This document shows positions 36,461 through 49,812 of a stretch of 64,000 nt of DNA, piece by piece. Numbering within the stretch: position 1 is the stretch's first letter; each line of letters opens with the position of its first letter. This DNA comes from Callorhinchus milii. Taxonomy: Eukaryota. The position numbers were made by a program, and so were the translations under genes. Below the pieces are notes generated by a model that was given only the letters and a program-made list of their open reading frames with translations, had not been told where the DNA came from and ran no database searches. Location: NCBI RefSeq assembly GCF_018977255.1, contig NW_024704742.1:100194001-100258000 (forward strand), read 5' to 3'.

Positions 36461-39231
36461 AAAATCAGCGCATTTTAATTTTAAACTATAAATTTTGGGT
36501 AACCACGGCAAATACACATCACCCACACATTGACTGCTTTCAATCGAAACCAGAAGACAGAAAATTAAAAAATGGATGCTTGTAATAAGCAAAAACGCCT
36601 CATTAATGCTTTCTGGACAACACAGCACAAACATACAAATTGGAGGGGTGGGCTCCCGTTATAAATAGCAAGTGCCCATCCCTCCGATTTGTGTTTGCAA
36701 CAACTCCCGCCACCTCCTTCACAATTCAGATTAGCAACACCCACGCCTCCCCAATAAATTTTGGATTTAATCTCACACGAACCCCTTGTACATTGCAACA
36801 GCAAAGCATCCCATGTACAGCAGGGCAAGAACCCTTCCCTGAAACACAAGCCTTTCCCTTCCTTCACAATATCAATTGGTGGACCTTTCAGAACTTGGGA
36901 CGACCAAATCAGGCTCCACATATCTTCTTCCATTAAAGTGCCATAAATTCAAGTCTACTAAAGAATAGACTGAACTTGATTTGCCCATCATCCACCGTAG
37001 GCATCATACAAAGGAGAGCCTTTATCTTCTTCTCTGGACTACATTCAAACCTAGGTCTCCAGATGGTAAAGTTTTCTCGCTGCATTACAAATGCACCACC
37101 AAGAAGCAACCACCTCTGAACATGCAAAAAAAAAACTGCAAAACATTTCACAAGATTATAAATCAATTTCCAACAATGCAAAACACTTAGCACATTCTAA
37201 TGGCTCCAAGACCCACACCTCACCCCCAAGAAAAAGTTAAATATCTTATATGGGATCCATCCGGTGAAAAGAGAACACACAGAACATACAGTGCATAACT
37301 AATTATGGGTGGAGGGGAAAAGGATGGCTATGCTGTTGGAACTTTTTGTGCTAAATATGGATATTCATCTCAAGATTAAGTAGGACAATAGCAAGTGCCC
37401 ACTAACAGAATTTTTTTCTAACAGTTTACACTTTTCCCCCCAAATACTAGGCCATTTCAATAGCATGATTTTTGATGAGATTAAAAGGGACATTTAAGAG
37501 CACAATCCACTGAAAAAATAGCTAAAGTTCTTTGTGGAAATGCTATACTCTGCAGTACCACAGGTAGCGAACCACAATGGTCATTTTTAATTGAGATTCC
37601 AGTAACTGGAGCTTCACCGGGAGACTCACTACAGTATTAAACTGGGCCGATTTATATATGACTAATAAAACAATATGCCATGTATTCCTTATTTGTTCCT
37701 GGTGCAACAGTCTGGAAACTTGTGAAAATATTATTGAGGGGAAAAAAGAAACAGCCTCACTCCCTATTATCAAGTATTTCTCCTTTCTATCTTCCCCCCC
37801 AAATTCTATACAATTAAGACCAATATTAATTGTACATATCAATAGAATATTGCATCAATACAAGAGATTGTACTGATTGTATAATCATCAATATTATATT
37901 GAATGTTGATGTCATGGTAAAAAATATCAGCTGGCTTTGGCTTTCTACTCGATCGGTGGCCGTGCTTTCAGCCATTAAAATCTCAACTCTCTGCTTCACT
38001 CCCTTTGCCTTGCCCCCTCCTTGCCAGCCCTGAAGAGCCTCCTCTTGGACAATGATCCAGTGATGCCTCTCCTCTCTGCCGAGCTCAGCTTCAGGCCGCG
38101 CCACTGTTAAGTGCTCCGAGATACTACCCGCATAAAGGGTATAATTATAAACGCAAGTTGTTGGTTTTGTAAACATGCTAACGCTTCCAACTACGGTTCT
38201 ACGCCATCTTCTCTTGATATGTAGCAGAAGAGCTGGAATTCTCTTGACTACCAGTGATTTAAGATATCCCTCATTTCCAAATATAGACTGGAGATTTCGA
38301 TAGGTCTGGTTTCTGTATTGTGCAGAGAACCAGTGAGTATTGACAATCAGCTACTATATTGAACACCTGGAGCAGATGGAAAAATTAAACACAAAAAAGG
38401 CCTCAAAATTGCTAAAACTGAGTCCGGGTCTGTGGAAGTGCTAAGTAGATGATCAATAGGAGAAGACATGCAGCTAACATCTCCAAAGACGCAGGCACAC
38501 ACGCACACACCTGACCCACCTAATCTGTGCATTTGGAGATATACAGGCACTTTGGAGAAATATGCTCAATGCCCTTTCTAGTGTTTTACTGAGCCAATAA
38601 ACATACAGGTTCAATTACAACTGTACACAGATTTACTAATAGTGATAGATACTGATGCTCAAAATTATCTGTGTTCCTGAACTTGGAGAATGATAAAATA
38701 GTGTGTGGACCCGATTCATTGCACATATGTGCGTTGGCCGGAGCACAGGACGTGACACTGGCAGCAGCCCAATGATCCACAAGTCTCCACTCTGACTTCC
38801 AGCGGGCTAAAAATGGCCAGTTTACAGATTATAAGGCTACCACTGACAATACTTGAAAGATGAAAAAGCTGATGAAAAAGCCTGTGGTCATTGTTGTAGC
38901 TCACACACCGGTTGACAAGACCACTTGAGAGAGGAAGCAAAGGACTAGAACACCCAATGAATCCTCCCTCAGTATGAATGAACACCCTCAGGAAAGACGG
39001 GGAAACCCTGGGTAAAGAAAGAACAGGGTCACAAGTCTATAGCCAATTGGTTCATTCAAAAAAGAGTGATCCAGACACTTGACTTGGTAAGTAAAGGGAT
39101 TAAGGGAAATGGAATTAGAGTTGCCATCAACATAATGTTTGAGAAGTCTCAAAAGGCCTAATGGCCTATTCCCATTTCTATGTTCCTTAAAATAAATGTA
39201 TTAGAAAAAGCCTGAACAAAAACCAAGAGTG

Positions 39232-39645
39232 TACAATAACAACAACAACTTGCACTTATATAGCGTCCTCCATACAGGGTAGCGTCTCAGAGCGCTTAGC
39301 AGTGGTGGAGCCTGACTCCGAGCCGGGGGGAGGGAGGTGGCCATAAGCATGGTCAAAGAAGAAAGTTTTCAACAACAACAAGAAGATTACATTTGTATAA
39401 CATCTTTCACATCGGGAGGACGTCCCAAGGCGCTGGAAAATGGACTTGAAAATGGGGAGAGAAGAGCAAGGCAGAGGGATTGAGGGAGAGCGTTCCAGAA
39501 TTTCAGGGCATAGTGGCTGAAAGCGCGACCTTCGATGGTAGGGCAGAGGGTGCGAGGGATGAGCAGGAGGCCGGTGCCAGTCGAGCAGAGGCGCCGCGCC
39601 GTTGGTGGATTGGGGAGTGAGGAGATTGGAGAGGCAGGGAAGTGC
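39232..39645 (-). mobile_element. Second L2 family 3' end, interrupted by a ~70-bp tail of the younger L2 family (39370-39440)
   Basis: Two different stem-loop tails, each with (CAA)n on the plus strand. The host L2 resumes after the insert. Confidence 0.7.
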
Positions 39646-39909
39646 CAGAATGAAAGGATTCATTACGAGTGTAAGCCTCAATGCGAAGTTAAGTTAAAAG
39701 TACCTACACATACATGCACCCAATAGGTCATTAAATATTGATATTTTATCATTGATAAAAGATCACATTGATTTTTTGTTACAATCTTCCGTCCAATCTG
39801 AAAGTTATATATGCCTTTACATGTTGCAATACAACCAGCCCATTTCACCTTTATTTAGCACACAATTGAAAACTGTTGTGTAACAGCCCAGCCCAAAATT
39901 GTCATTAAT

Positions 39910-40260
39910 AATATTAATCATTGCATTTAATATACTGCCTCATGACTTCAAGACATTTCAAAGCGCTTCACAGGATACACTGTAATACACTGTAAAGTGT
40001 ATATTTTGTGGGTGAAATGCGACAGTTTGCCCACAGTAATGTCCCACAAACATTACATGCAGTGAGTAACCAAATTTAGTTGGGGGATTTGTTGGTCAGG
40101 ACACCGGGAGAAACTCCCTCCTTTTTTCAAATAGTGCATGGGATCTTTAACGCCCACCTGAATAGGCTCACGAGACCTCGTTTTGACGTCTTATCCAAAG
40201 GACAGCACCTCCTACAATGCAACACACCCCCAGCACTGTGTTTGAGTATCAGCTATAACT
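39910..40260 (-). mobile_element. Old Deu-domain SINE
   Basis: ggacaccgggagaaactcc..aaatagtgcatgggatctttaacgcccacctg. Confidence 0.8.
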
Positions 40261-41027
40261 TGGCTTTATAAAGCACCCTTCATCTCAGAGCACTTAAGAC
40301 AGCCCCAAAGTGACCCACAAACTTCCTGTCGACTGTTGAATTATCGCAGGTGACCACTGCCACAATTTAGCCCACTGTAAACATCCACAAGGTGAACGTC
40401 CCTTTCATCTGGTTTTGGGGGTGGGGAAGATTGGCAACCAGCGCACCAGGCATGTAACCCGTCTCTTACCAGTAGCGCAGTGGGATCTTTAACCTCTGCA
40501 ACTCTCCTCACCCCAAAAAGGCACAGACAAATGGTGGGGGAGGTGGGGTGTGGAGCGCCTTTTAAGGCCCTAAACACAAGATATTTACCAATAGCCAAGT
40601 TTAGAACAGTTTGCTTAGATAGGACAGCATCTTGGCTCAAACACACGGGGCAATAGGTGGTAAACACAAACAAGTATTCTCCAGAGTTTCTTGCTGCCAC
40701 CATTCCTACAAAGATGGATGGTAAGATCTGGGCCATTCTCATTAACTCAGGAGCTTGTCACTTCCTCAGCTTCACACTGGGGAAACTGTATAAAGTCTGG
40801 AAGAAAAAAAGTGGGGAGGAGAGTAAATAAGTGACATTAACAACTCTCCCACTCACACAGAAATGAGAGATGTTAACTGTAACTCCATGACAAGTCACTA
40901 AAGTAGCAAGATATTTTTGAATTGCCCTCAATTTGATTACTTGCTGAATGAACTAATTGAAGCAAAACCAGATGCTGAGCACTCAAAACAGCATAACTGT
41001 GGAAAATGATAGAACCTTAGTTCTCAA

Positions 41028-41200
41028 ATAATAATCCTTGCATTTGATATAGCTTTTCACGTCTTCTAGACGTCTCAAAGCGCTTCACAGAATATACAGT
41101 AAAGTAAATTGACTGTATATTTGTGGGCGAAACGCAGCAGCCAATTGTGCACAGCAGTGTCCCACAAACAGTCGTGGATTGAAAATGACCAACATTATTG
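41028..41200 (-). mobile_element. Young SINE 3' half
   Basis: ataatccttgcatttgatatagc..gcagccaattgtgcacagcagtgtcccacaaacagtcg. Confidence 0.85.
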
Positions 41201-42180
41201 TTTTGGTATGGACACTATACTGTTACAGCACCCTTGGATCTCATTTGTTTTAAAAAATGCAAAATCACGAAACATAAGTGCACAAATATATGAACCAAAA
41301 TAACACACTGCTCATGGTATTTCCTGTAATCGGCTGGATTGTGCAGTGTACAATGGACAGGCTGAAGATCAATTGTTGAAGATCAATTATTAATGCTATA
41401 AAAATGACAGCAAGGTCATTCAGCCCGCTGAGACAAAAGCTGCCTCTTGTTCATCCACTGGAGAGCTCGACTCTTCCTTGCTCTTTCCCCATTCCGTATT
41501 TGTCCTTCAAATATTTTTCCCTTTCAAATGTCTATCCATGTCCCTTTTAAATGTTGACACAGCCTGTATTCTGACACGCTCTCTGCAAAAATACGTTTCT
41601 TCTAACTGCCTCCCTCTCCCAGTGACAATCCTAATGTTGTCCCGTTGTGTCTCCCCCTCCTTCACCATCGTCGTCCCCCGTTCTCCTCCCCCCCCCCCCC
41701 CCTTCTCTCTTATTGCCTTGGATGATTTCTGAAATAGTCATGCATTAGGCTCCTGAAATCCTACAAATTATCACAAGATCCACATGAGCCTTTTAAATTA
41801 CGTTTGCCCACAAAAATATACAGTCAATTCACTTTACAGTATATTCTGTGAAGTGCTTTGAGATGTCTCAAAGATGCAATATAACGCAATATAATATTAT
41901 TACCCTCTCTCACACCAATGTACTATCCTGGTTGCAAGTAATTAAGCTACAACATGCATTGTAATATAATTGTTATTGTAAATGCATAACATACACTCAA
42001 CTCTACACTGAGCTCAACAACTGTCATGGGATCACATCAGAAAATAAACTTTATCCTAAGAAGAAAGCCACAGTTTTCCAAAAGAGTAAGGCTCCACAGA
42101 ATAAAGGTTCTTGAAAAAAAATGAATGACAAGATATAACAAACGTAAAAACTAAAGCTAACATTTGTTGTATATCTATGT

Positions 42181-42534
42181 AGAGTCCTGTAGCTCAGTAG
42201 TTAGAGCACTCGCCTTGCAAGCGAGACCGGGCTCGATTCCAGACAGGGCGAAATGTTGGTCAAATTTCCTTACTCCACACGTCTGTTTACCTAGCAGTAA
42301 GTAGGAACCCGGTTGTTAGTCAATTGGCAGATTGCTTTTCCGGGGTAATAATTCCTTCAAAAAAAATAAATTGGTCACTTCAATCCATGACTGTTTGTGC
42401 CACACTGCTGCTTCTGCATTTCGCTCACAAGATATACAATCAATTCACTTTACAGTATAGTCTGTGAAGCTCTCTGAGACGTCTCGAAGACGTGATAAGG
42501 CGCTATAATCAAATGCAAGGATTATTATTATTAT
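42181..42534 (+). mobile_element. Young tRNA-derived SINE, long variant, full length
   Basis: Head gagtcctgtagctcagtagttagagc, extra central segment, TCGAA-loop tail, (TTA)n. Confidence 0.9.
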
Positions 42535-43969
42535 CTAAAGCACAAAAGGTTTACAAAATAAAACAGGCCTCCAGAAAAACTACAGCGTATTTTATAAAAA
42601 ATAATCAATACATGGGAGTGATAACATGTCAGTAAATCTTCCTCAGTTTATAACATCATCTGAATCCGTCGATCGGATTTCTGGCTCCTAAACACTTGCA
42701 ACTATCAGTTAGTCTTCATATCATCTGTGATTGAAAAAGAATGTTCCACTGTCGTTCACAAAATGGGTTTGTGTTCCATGTGCCAGACAGACCTAACTTA
42801 CCAGCAACTCACTTGTTGAATAGCATAAATCATATTTCACAGCTGGTGAGGCTTCCTTCCATATGTGTGCAGCTCTATACTTTCACAACTCAAGAGGACT
42901 TGTGTTGGGAAGCCAGTTCTAGAGCAACTTTCAAGCAAAGACAATACATCCATTACATCAAACCAAGCGAATGACAGAAAAGGGCATTTTTAGCCAGTCC
43001 TTGCTAAAGGACTCACGTTACACTATGCAATCCTGTAACGTGCAGCAAAATCTGCACTGCAATATCCTTCCAACCAAATGCACTCAATCGCATCGCTTAT
43101 TAATTTTTTTTTCGGTTGATTTATAAAGATTACAAAAATCACAGGCTCGAGCCACATCGTGTTGCAATCGAGAAAGGGTAGCGTCATGGCACAGTAAAAC
43201 CGAATCATCTGGAGACGAGGTCACTCGTTCTGTGAGCGGAGCGTTAACTATAGTCGTACCTTCGCCGTGGGCAACGTTACAGCAAAAAAAAATCAGCTGA
43301 AAGGAAGGAAGCACTGCACAGTCGGAGCAGATTCACAGCCACTAAGTCAACAGATAGATGGACAGCATAGATGGAGGGAAAGATAGAACAGAGAGAGCGC
43401 GATAGAACAGAGAGAAAGATAGAATAGATAGAGAGACCGATATCTGGGGAAGAACCAGCGCCTTATCTTTGCATTAATACGACATCTCCGGCTTCAGACA
43501 TGACAGAGACCCACACAAAAAAAAATCAGAATAATTACAACACAAACACGTATAAACTGCACATTACCCCTCAACAGCCCCCTTTAATTAACACGGTCAT
43601 GTCAACAGACAAGGAAGCGGATAACCAAATGTAACCCATTTTTGTTTGTTGCTGTTGTTGTTGGGTGGGGGGGGGGGAACCACACATTTATTTTGAAAGA
43701 AAAAAAGGAGGAAAAAAAAGTTCTACGTTGCCAGGGTTTTGAATAAGTTCCCGGCATTTGTTGTTCAGACTTAGAGGCATTGCAACTTGAGAAAATCAGA
43801 ATATTTTCTCCCAAACTGCCACCGAGGCTCGACTGGCTCCCAACTCGGGTGTCAGGACAAAATCAATTCAATAACCTTCTCCTCCTCCTCCTCCTCTCCC
43901 ACGACTAAAGCCTGGGATTCAACTGGGACACAGATATATAATCTGCTCCCAAATTCCTTACACAAACTG

Positions 43970-44346
43970 CAACCTCCCCCCCCACCCCACACACAACCCC
44001 CACACCCCACCCCACACACACCCAACACCCCCCCCAAAACCCACACAGACACCCCCCCCACCCACACACACACCCCCCCCCACCCACACACACCCAACAC
44101 CCCACACACACACCCAACACCCCCCACACACACCCAACACCCCCCCACACACACCCAACACCCCCCACACACACACCACCCACACACAACCCCCACACCA
44201 CAACACCCCCCCACACACACAACCCACAACACCCACACACACAACACCCCCCACACACACCCCACATCACTCCCCACAACACCCCAGACACACCCAACAC
44301 CCCCCCACACACACACACACCCCACAACACCCCCACACACACACAC
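43970..44346. repeat. Degenerate CA/CCCA-rich simple repeat (GT/G-rich on the gene's sense strand)
   Basis: Imperfect iterations of cacacccaacacccccca. Confidence 0.9.
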
Positions 44347-44456
44347 TGTAACCAGAGTGCAACCAGACGGGGAGGGAGAGGGGGAGGGAGAGAGGGAAGA
44401 AAAAAGAGGGAGAGAGAGGGGGGAGAAGGGGTGGTTTTGGGGTTTATTATTCTAAC

Positions 44457-44990
44457 CAGTTTCCCGGACATGTGGCTGTGAAACCCAACGCCCAGCCTGA
44501 GCGTGTGCAGACGAGGAGAAGCTGAATGGCCCACAGACCTGAGTGATCTCACCGACTGCTGCTGCTGCTCGTTGAAGAACATACAAGTGAATGAGTGAGT
44601 GAGGGAGGGAGGGAGGCAGTGAGACAGACTGGCAGGGAGGGAGGGAGGGAGGGAGAGAGACTGGCAGGGAGGGAGGGAGGCAGGCAGACTGGCAGGGAGG
44701 GAGGCAGGCAGGGAGGGAGGGAGGGCGCTGTGGGCGAACGAGCAGCCCTGGCCGTTCACGGAGAGAGAGAGAGGGAGGGAGGTGATGGAGGAGGGAGCTG
44801 GTGTGGGAGGCGGGCGCGGCAGTGCAGGGCAGGGCACTGAGCGCCGCCGCTGAGCGCTGCCCGGCCTGAGCGGTTGCCGAGGGCTCTCGGCCTGTCTGTC
44901 TGTGTCTGTCTGTCTGTCTGTGTGTGTGTGTGTGGAGGGGATTTTTTTGATACAGAACGTTTCCAAAGGCAGCGCCGGAGCGGAAGTGCC
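44457..44990 (-). other. CSNK1G3: Putative non-coding exon 1 of CSNK1G3 (start approximate)
   Basis: Lies next to the CpG-island promoter and ends at donor AAACTG|gttaga. Pyrimidine-rich leader with (CAG)4. TSS not determinable from sequence. Confidence 0.55.
44595..44800. repeat. (GGGA)n purine tract with repeated GACTGGCAGGG units, inside putative exon 1
   Basis: Three copies of agactggcaggg separated by (ggga)n. Confidence 0.8.
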
Positions 44991-45350
44991 CGCCTCCACA
45001 GCCCCGCCCCCCCCCGCCCGCCGCCGCCGCCAATCAGCGCACACACGCCAGGCTTTCGACATTGATCGACAGGCGAACTCACCAATCAGAGTAAGGCGTG
45101 CCGCCCAGGCGCCGGCTCTGATCGATTGAGAGACGGACGGCCCCACCCCCACCACCGATCAAAAGCAGACACGCGCCGGGCACTCCCCCCGCCCCCCCGC
45201 ACGCTCGCCAACCAATCAGAGTTGGAACACGCCAGGCATCCGACGTTGATTGACAGGCATGCTCACCAATCGGCACGGAGCACAGCCAGACTCCACCCCG
45301 CCCCCTGCCCCTGGCTGCCCTGCCCCCATTCACACACCAGCCAGGCTCTC
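44750..45350. promoter_or_regulatory. CpG-island promoter of CSNK1G3
   Basis: High GC and CpG density. ETS site GCGGAAGTG at ~44980, GC boxes at 45001-45020, CCAAT at 45030, 45082, 45212 and 45266, TGAT(C/T)GACAG at 45063 and 45247. No TATA box seen. Confidence 0.85.
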
Positions 45351-45924
45351 AGCATTGGGGACGTCCTGCACCAACAGCAGCGGGGGGGGGGGGAGAAGCA
45401 ATGCAAAACTGTCATAACTCAAACAACAATAACAACAGCAAACTGCCAAGTCTCCAGAAGACAATGTTGGGTTTGCACCCGAGCTGCGGGTTGAATTGGG
45501 TGTAATCTATATCGTATGATATATATTGTGGAATTATACACATATAGTCGCTCACAAAATATACAGTCAATTCCCTTTACAGTATATCCTGTGAAGCGCT
45601 TTGAGGCATCTCAACGACATGATAAGGCCGCCCTATATCAAATGCAAGGATTATTATAATTAATTATCAATATATTATAGGCTGAACTGGAAATATTTAT
45701 AACATATATTGGATGTATAACTGAACATATTGAACTGGATATATATCCAGATAGATATATATAGTGTACATATATGACTAACTGCACCCGTTGCAGCTTC
45801 GCTTGCAACCAGAGGATCCAGTATGGAATGTAGATTGACACACAGACAGACATTTCTTCTTTACCTGTACTCAGCTGGGAGGACTCCTTTTGGGAGGACT
45901 CAGTGGGAGGACCTCTTTAATATA

Positions 45925-46200
45925 TTTTCTCTCACAATCTCTCTGTCTCTCTCAGTTTCTCAGTCTCTCTTAGTCTCTCTCAGTCTCTCTCTGTCTGTCT
46001 CCCACTCTCTCTTAGACTCTCTCTGTCTCTCTCTTTCAGTCTCTCTGTTTGTTTCTCTCGCTCTCAATCTCTCTCTCCCAGTCTCTCTCTTAGTCTCTCT
46101 CTCTCTTACACAGTCTTTCTCTGTCTCTCGCACAAAACACACAGTCACTACACTTTATAATATATTCTCTCACAATCTCTCCCTCTCTCTCTCTCTCTCA
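45925..46200. repeat. Degenerate (CT)n microsatellite
   Basis: Interrupted tctc runs. Confidence 0.85.
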
Positions 46201-48607
46201 GTCTGTCCCATATGGGAGGTCTCTAGATCCCATGACAACCAGAAAAAAGTGCTATACATTTGCAGAATATAGATGTACCTCTCTGAACGATGTGTGCTTT
46301 CCTCTGTTGCTATGTAGTGGCAGAATCCGATGCATTCCTCATATTTTGGGTCTTAATTAAAGTATTTTTTAATATAGCTCATGAACAATAGAAGATCCCC
46401 CCAAAACAATATGCCCATGACACTGCCAGATGCAAGACCTTTCTGGTGAGGTATAAATCATGCCTCTGCCTCAATCGGTTATTTCGCAGATGGACACTGT
46501 CTTTATTAGTATAGATTGAACTGGATACTGTATATATAAATGCACTAGACAGAACTATTCTGTTTGACACAAGATGTCGTTCTATTTGTGCAATGATTTG
46601 GAAGGAAATATATGTTTACATTATAGAAATAATTACAAGGGAACAGGCATGATGGTTTATTTGATTTTATGTAATGCTACAGGGTGATACACAACAAATC
46701 CAATTACACAATGGGAAAAAAATACAAGTCAGCAAGAGACTTCTTGGATAACATAAACAAATAGTAATTGGTAGTTCCTGGAGACGATGGGTTTATTATT
46801 TATACTGGCAATCGCACTGACAAAACAAAGGTAATGTAGCTTTCTTGAAAATTCCCAAGGCCAGATTAAATCATCAATAATAGACACTCCTTGCATTTAA
46901 TATAGCGCCTTTCACATTGGGAGGACATCTTAAAGCACCTCATAGGATTTATTGTGAAGTGTAGTGACTGCATATTTGTAGGTAAATGTGGCAGCCAATT
47001 TACACACAGAAATGTCATGGCCGTGGGATCTTCAACATCTACCTGAGTATGCAAATGGGACCTCAGGTTTACATCCCATCTGAAGAATGGTTAAACATTA
47101 AAGATGAAATTATATTTTCCTGAGACTTCAGGTCCATGCAATGGACTTTAAGTGGGATATCATGGTTTCAAAGTACTTGAATATGGCAGATTTCATTCAT
47201 TGGTGGAAATGAAGAATGGTCATCATTTATTCATCATCAATCTGCCACATCAAGTGCTAAAATAATTGGATTGATATATTAATAGACAGTCCTGTCTGCC
47301 TATTCAGGTGAACATTAAAGATCCCATGGAAAGAAAAGGGAATTTCTCCCAGTGTCATGGCCAATAAATCCCCCAAATAAAATTGGTCACTCACTGTATG
47401 GCTGTTTGAGGGACATTGCTGTGCGCAACATGGCTGCTGCCCACAAAATACGTCCATAAAATACACAATCGATCCACTTTACAGTATATTCTGTGAATCG
47501 CTTTGAAATGTCTTGACAATGTAATAAGGCGCTATATCAAATTCAAGGATAATTTGTATCTGTCCCCTCTATCCTCATCAGGCTCTGTACCTCATTGACC
47601 AAGCTTTCAGTCATCTTTTCCCTGCCCTCCCCCACCCCACCTTTCAATTACTGCTCAAAGCTCAAGTGCCCATCCAGCACTGTAAAGTGCAGATGTGAAA
47701 CTTGTTAAATAATTCTTCCTCTGAAAACTATGCTTTCAGTCATCCCTCTCCTGTTCCCTATTTCCCACCTTCCTCGGGTTTCTAATCTGTTTCTGTGAAA
47801 CATTTCAAGACAATATCCTGCGTGAAAGGCACATTATAAATAACAACTTGCATTTATATAGCATTTAAGTGGGGTAGCGTCTTGGAGTGCTTAAAGCAGT
47901 TACGATTGCAAGGACACTGTTTAGCAATAAATAATCAAGTTGTTTATGTCTCCCACGTGCGCATACGCAAAGACACCAGAGTAGCAGAGGCACTTCAACA
48001 TAATGTGTGCACTTTAGTGTGCAACTCTGTAGTATTTCACTAAATAATTAATTTTCAAATGGTATTAATTATTTATAAATGTGTAACTTAATATTATATT
48101 ACTGTATTTTAAATTTCTGCTTATGCATTTTGTGCCTTCGCCTACCAAAATAATCTATTCAATAACTGAATAAGAATTATAATGTACAGTACTGGAAGTA
48201 CCTCATTTCCATATAAAATAACTGCTTATAGTCCACATTATGCACATAAAAAAGTCGGCCATCATTTTAAAATAAATTAAAGTCAACGACAATTAAGAGG
48301 TTCTGCACACAAAGGTCCTGCAATAAAGAATATTGGCAACAGAGAGAATGTACATCAATAAACCACCAAAGTAGGATCTATAACTTTAAAATTTGCTTTC
48401 CATGTCTGCAATCTAGTATACAAATAAATCAGCACATTCTTCAATATTCATAATTTTATACTGTGTGTCCCACTGCCCCAGAGGATTGACTTCAAGATCC
48501 TTATCCTAACCTTTGAATCTTGCCTGCCCCACTCTCTTTTCTTCCAACTCTGTTCATTCATCACTCTCTCAATATATCTTTGCCTTGCTCCTTCTCAGCT
48601 TGTTTGT

Positions 48608-49016
48608 TACAGCCTGGCTCAGTTAGTAGCACTTTTGCCTCCGAGTCAGAAGCATCTGGGTTCCAGCCCCCGACTTGCAGTTCATATAATCGTGGCTGAT
48701 ACTTCAGTTTTGTGCTGGGGGGTGCTGCATTGTCGGAAGTACCGTCCTTCAGATGAGACAGTGACCTCAAGTCCTATTCAGATACATGTTAAAGATCCCA
48801 TGGTACTATTCAAGAAGAGAAAGGAATCTCTCCTGGTGTCCTGGACAACAACTCCCCAGATAAAATTGATCATTCACTTCCTGACAGTTTATGGGGCATT
48901 GCTATGACCAAATTGCCTGCCACCTTCATGACTACACTTTACAATATATCCTGTGAAGCGCTTTGAGATATCCTCCTGACATGAAAAGGGCTATATCAAA
49001 TACAAAGATTATTATT
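48608..49016 (+). mobile_element. Old Deu-domain SINE, near full length
   Basis: Head cctggctcagttagtagcac..gagtcagaag, Deu domain ccttcagatgagac..aaagatcccatggtactatt..tctcctggtgtcctgg, L2-type tail. Confidence 0.85.
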
Positions 49017-49264
49017 GTATTAAAACCCTTAAAAGTCTATCTCTTTGAATGTGCCATTGGTCAACACCCATAAATTCCCTTTCCTTTTCTCACTGGACAG
49101 CAATCCCTATTGTTTCTATGAAACATTTCAAGATGTTCATCCAACATGAGAGTGTTATATTAGTGAAAACTTGTTGCAACTTAAGTGTTTTGTGTTGTAG
49201 GTTTAAAATATTGCGAGTTTAAATAGTAGTATTTAATGGGAATTCTTAATTAGGAATCTTAGTT

Positions 49265-49812
49265 AGAGACCTGAGTTCAATTCCAGGCAGGGCAAAACCT
49301 TGGGCAAGTTTCTTTACTCCACACGCCTAATAATAATCCCTCCAAAAAAAATAATAAAATTGGTAATTTTCAATCTACGACTGTTTGTGGGACATTGCTG
49401 TGCGCAATTGGCTGCCACGTTCGCCCACAAATATACAGTCAATTCACCTTACAGTGTATTCTGTGAAGCGCTTTGGGACGTCTAGAAGATGTGAAAAACG
49501 CTATATCAAATGCAAGGATTATTGTTATGATTAGTTATACAGATTCTGCTTTGACCCAATTAGCCGGGTTTCCTTACTTCACACACCTCTGTTTACCTAC
49601 CAGTAAGTGTGAACCTAGTTGTTAGTTGATTGGCAGATTGCTTTTCTGGAGGTGATAATCCCTTCAAAAAAAATTTTTTTAAATGAATAATAATTTTTAA
49701 TAATGAATAATAATAATCCACGACTGTTTATGGTACACTGTGAAGTGCTTTGAGAAGTCTTGAAGTTGATAAGGCGCTATATCAAATGCAAGGATTATTA
49801 AACATTATTATT
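49265..49812 (+). mobile_element. Two tandem young SINE copies (short variant 49265-49528; deleted long variant 49565-49812)
   Basis: Both end in gctatatcaaatgcaaggatt. Confidence 0.8.

Noticed and set aside
43787..45155. Long ORFs of 164-416 aa around the promoter
   Set aside because: Products of CA/GT and GGGA simple repeats and GC richness; low-complexity translations with no domain.
45465..45812. Possible degenerate terminal inverted repeats (ttgcacccgagctgc / gcagcttcgcttgcaa)
   Set aside because: Match is short and gapped, with no target duplication.
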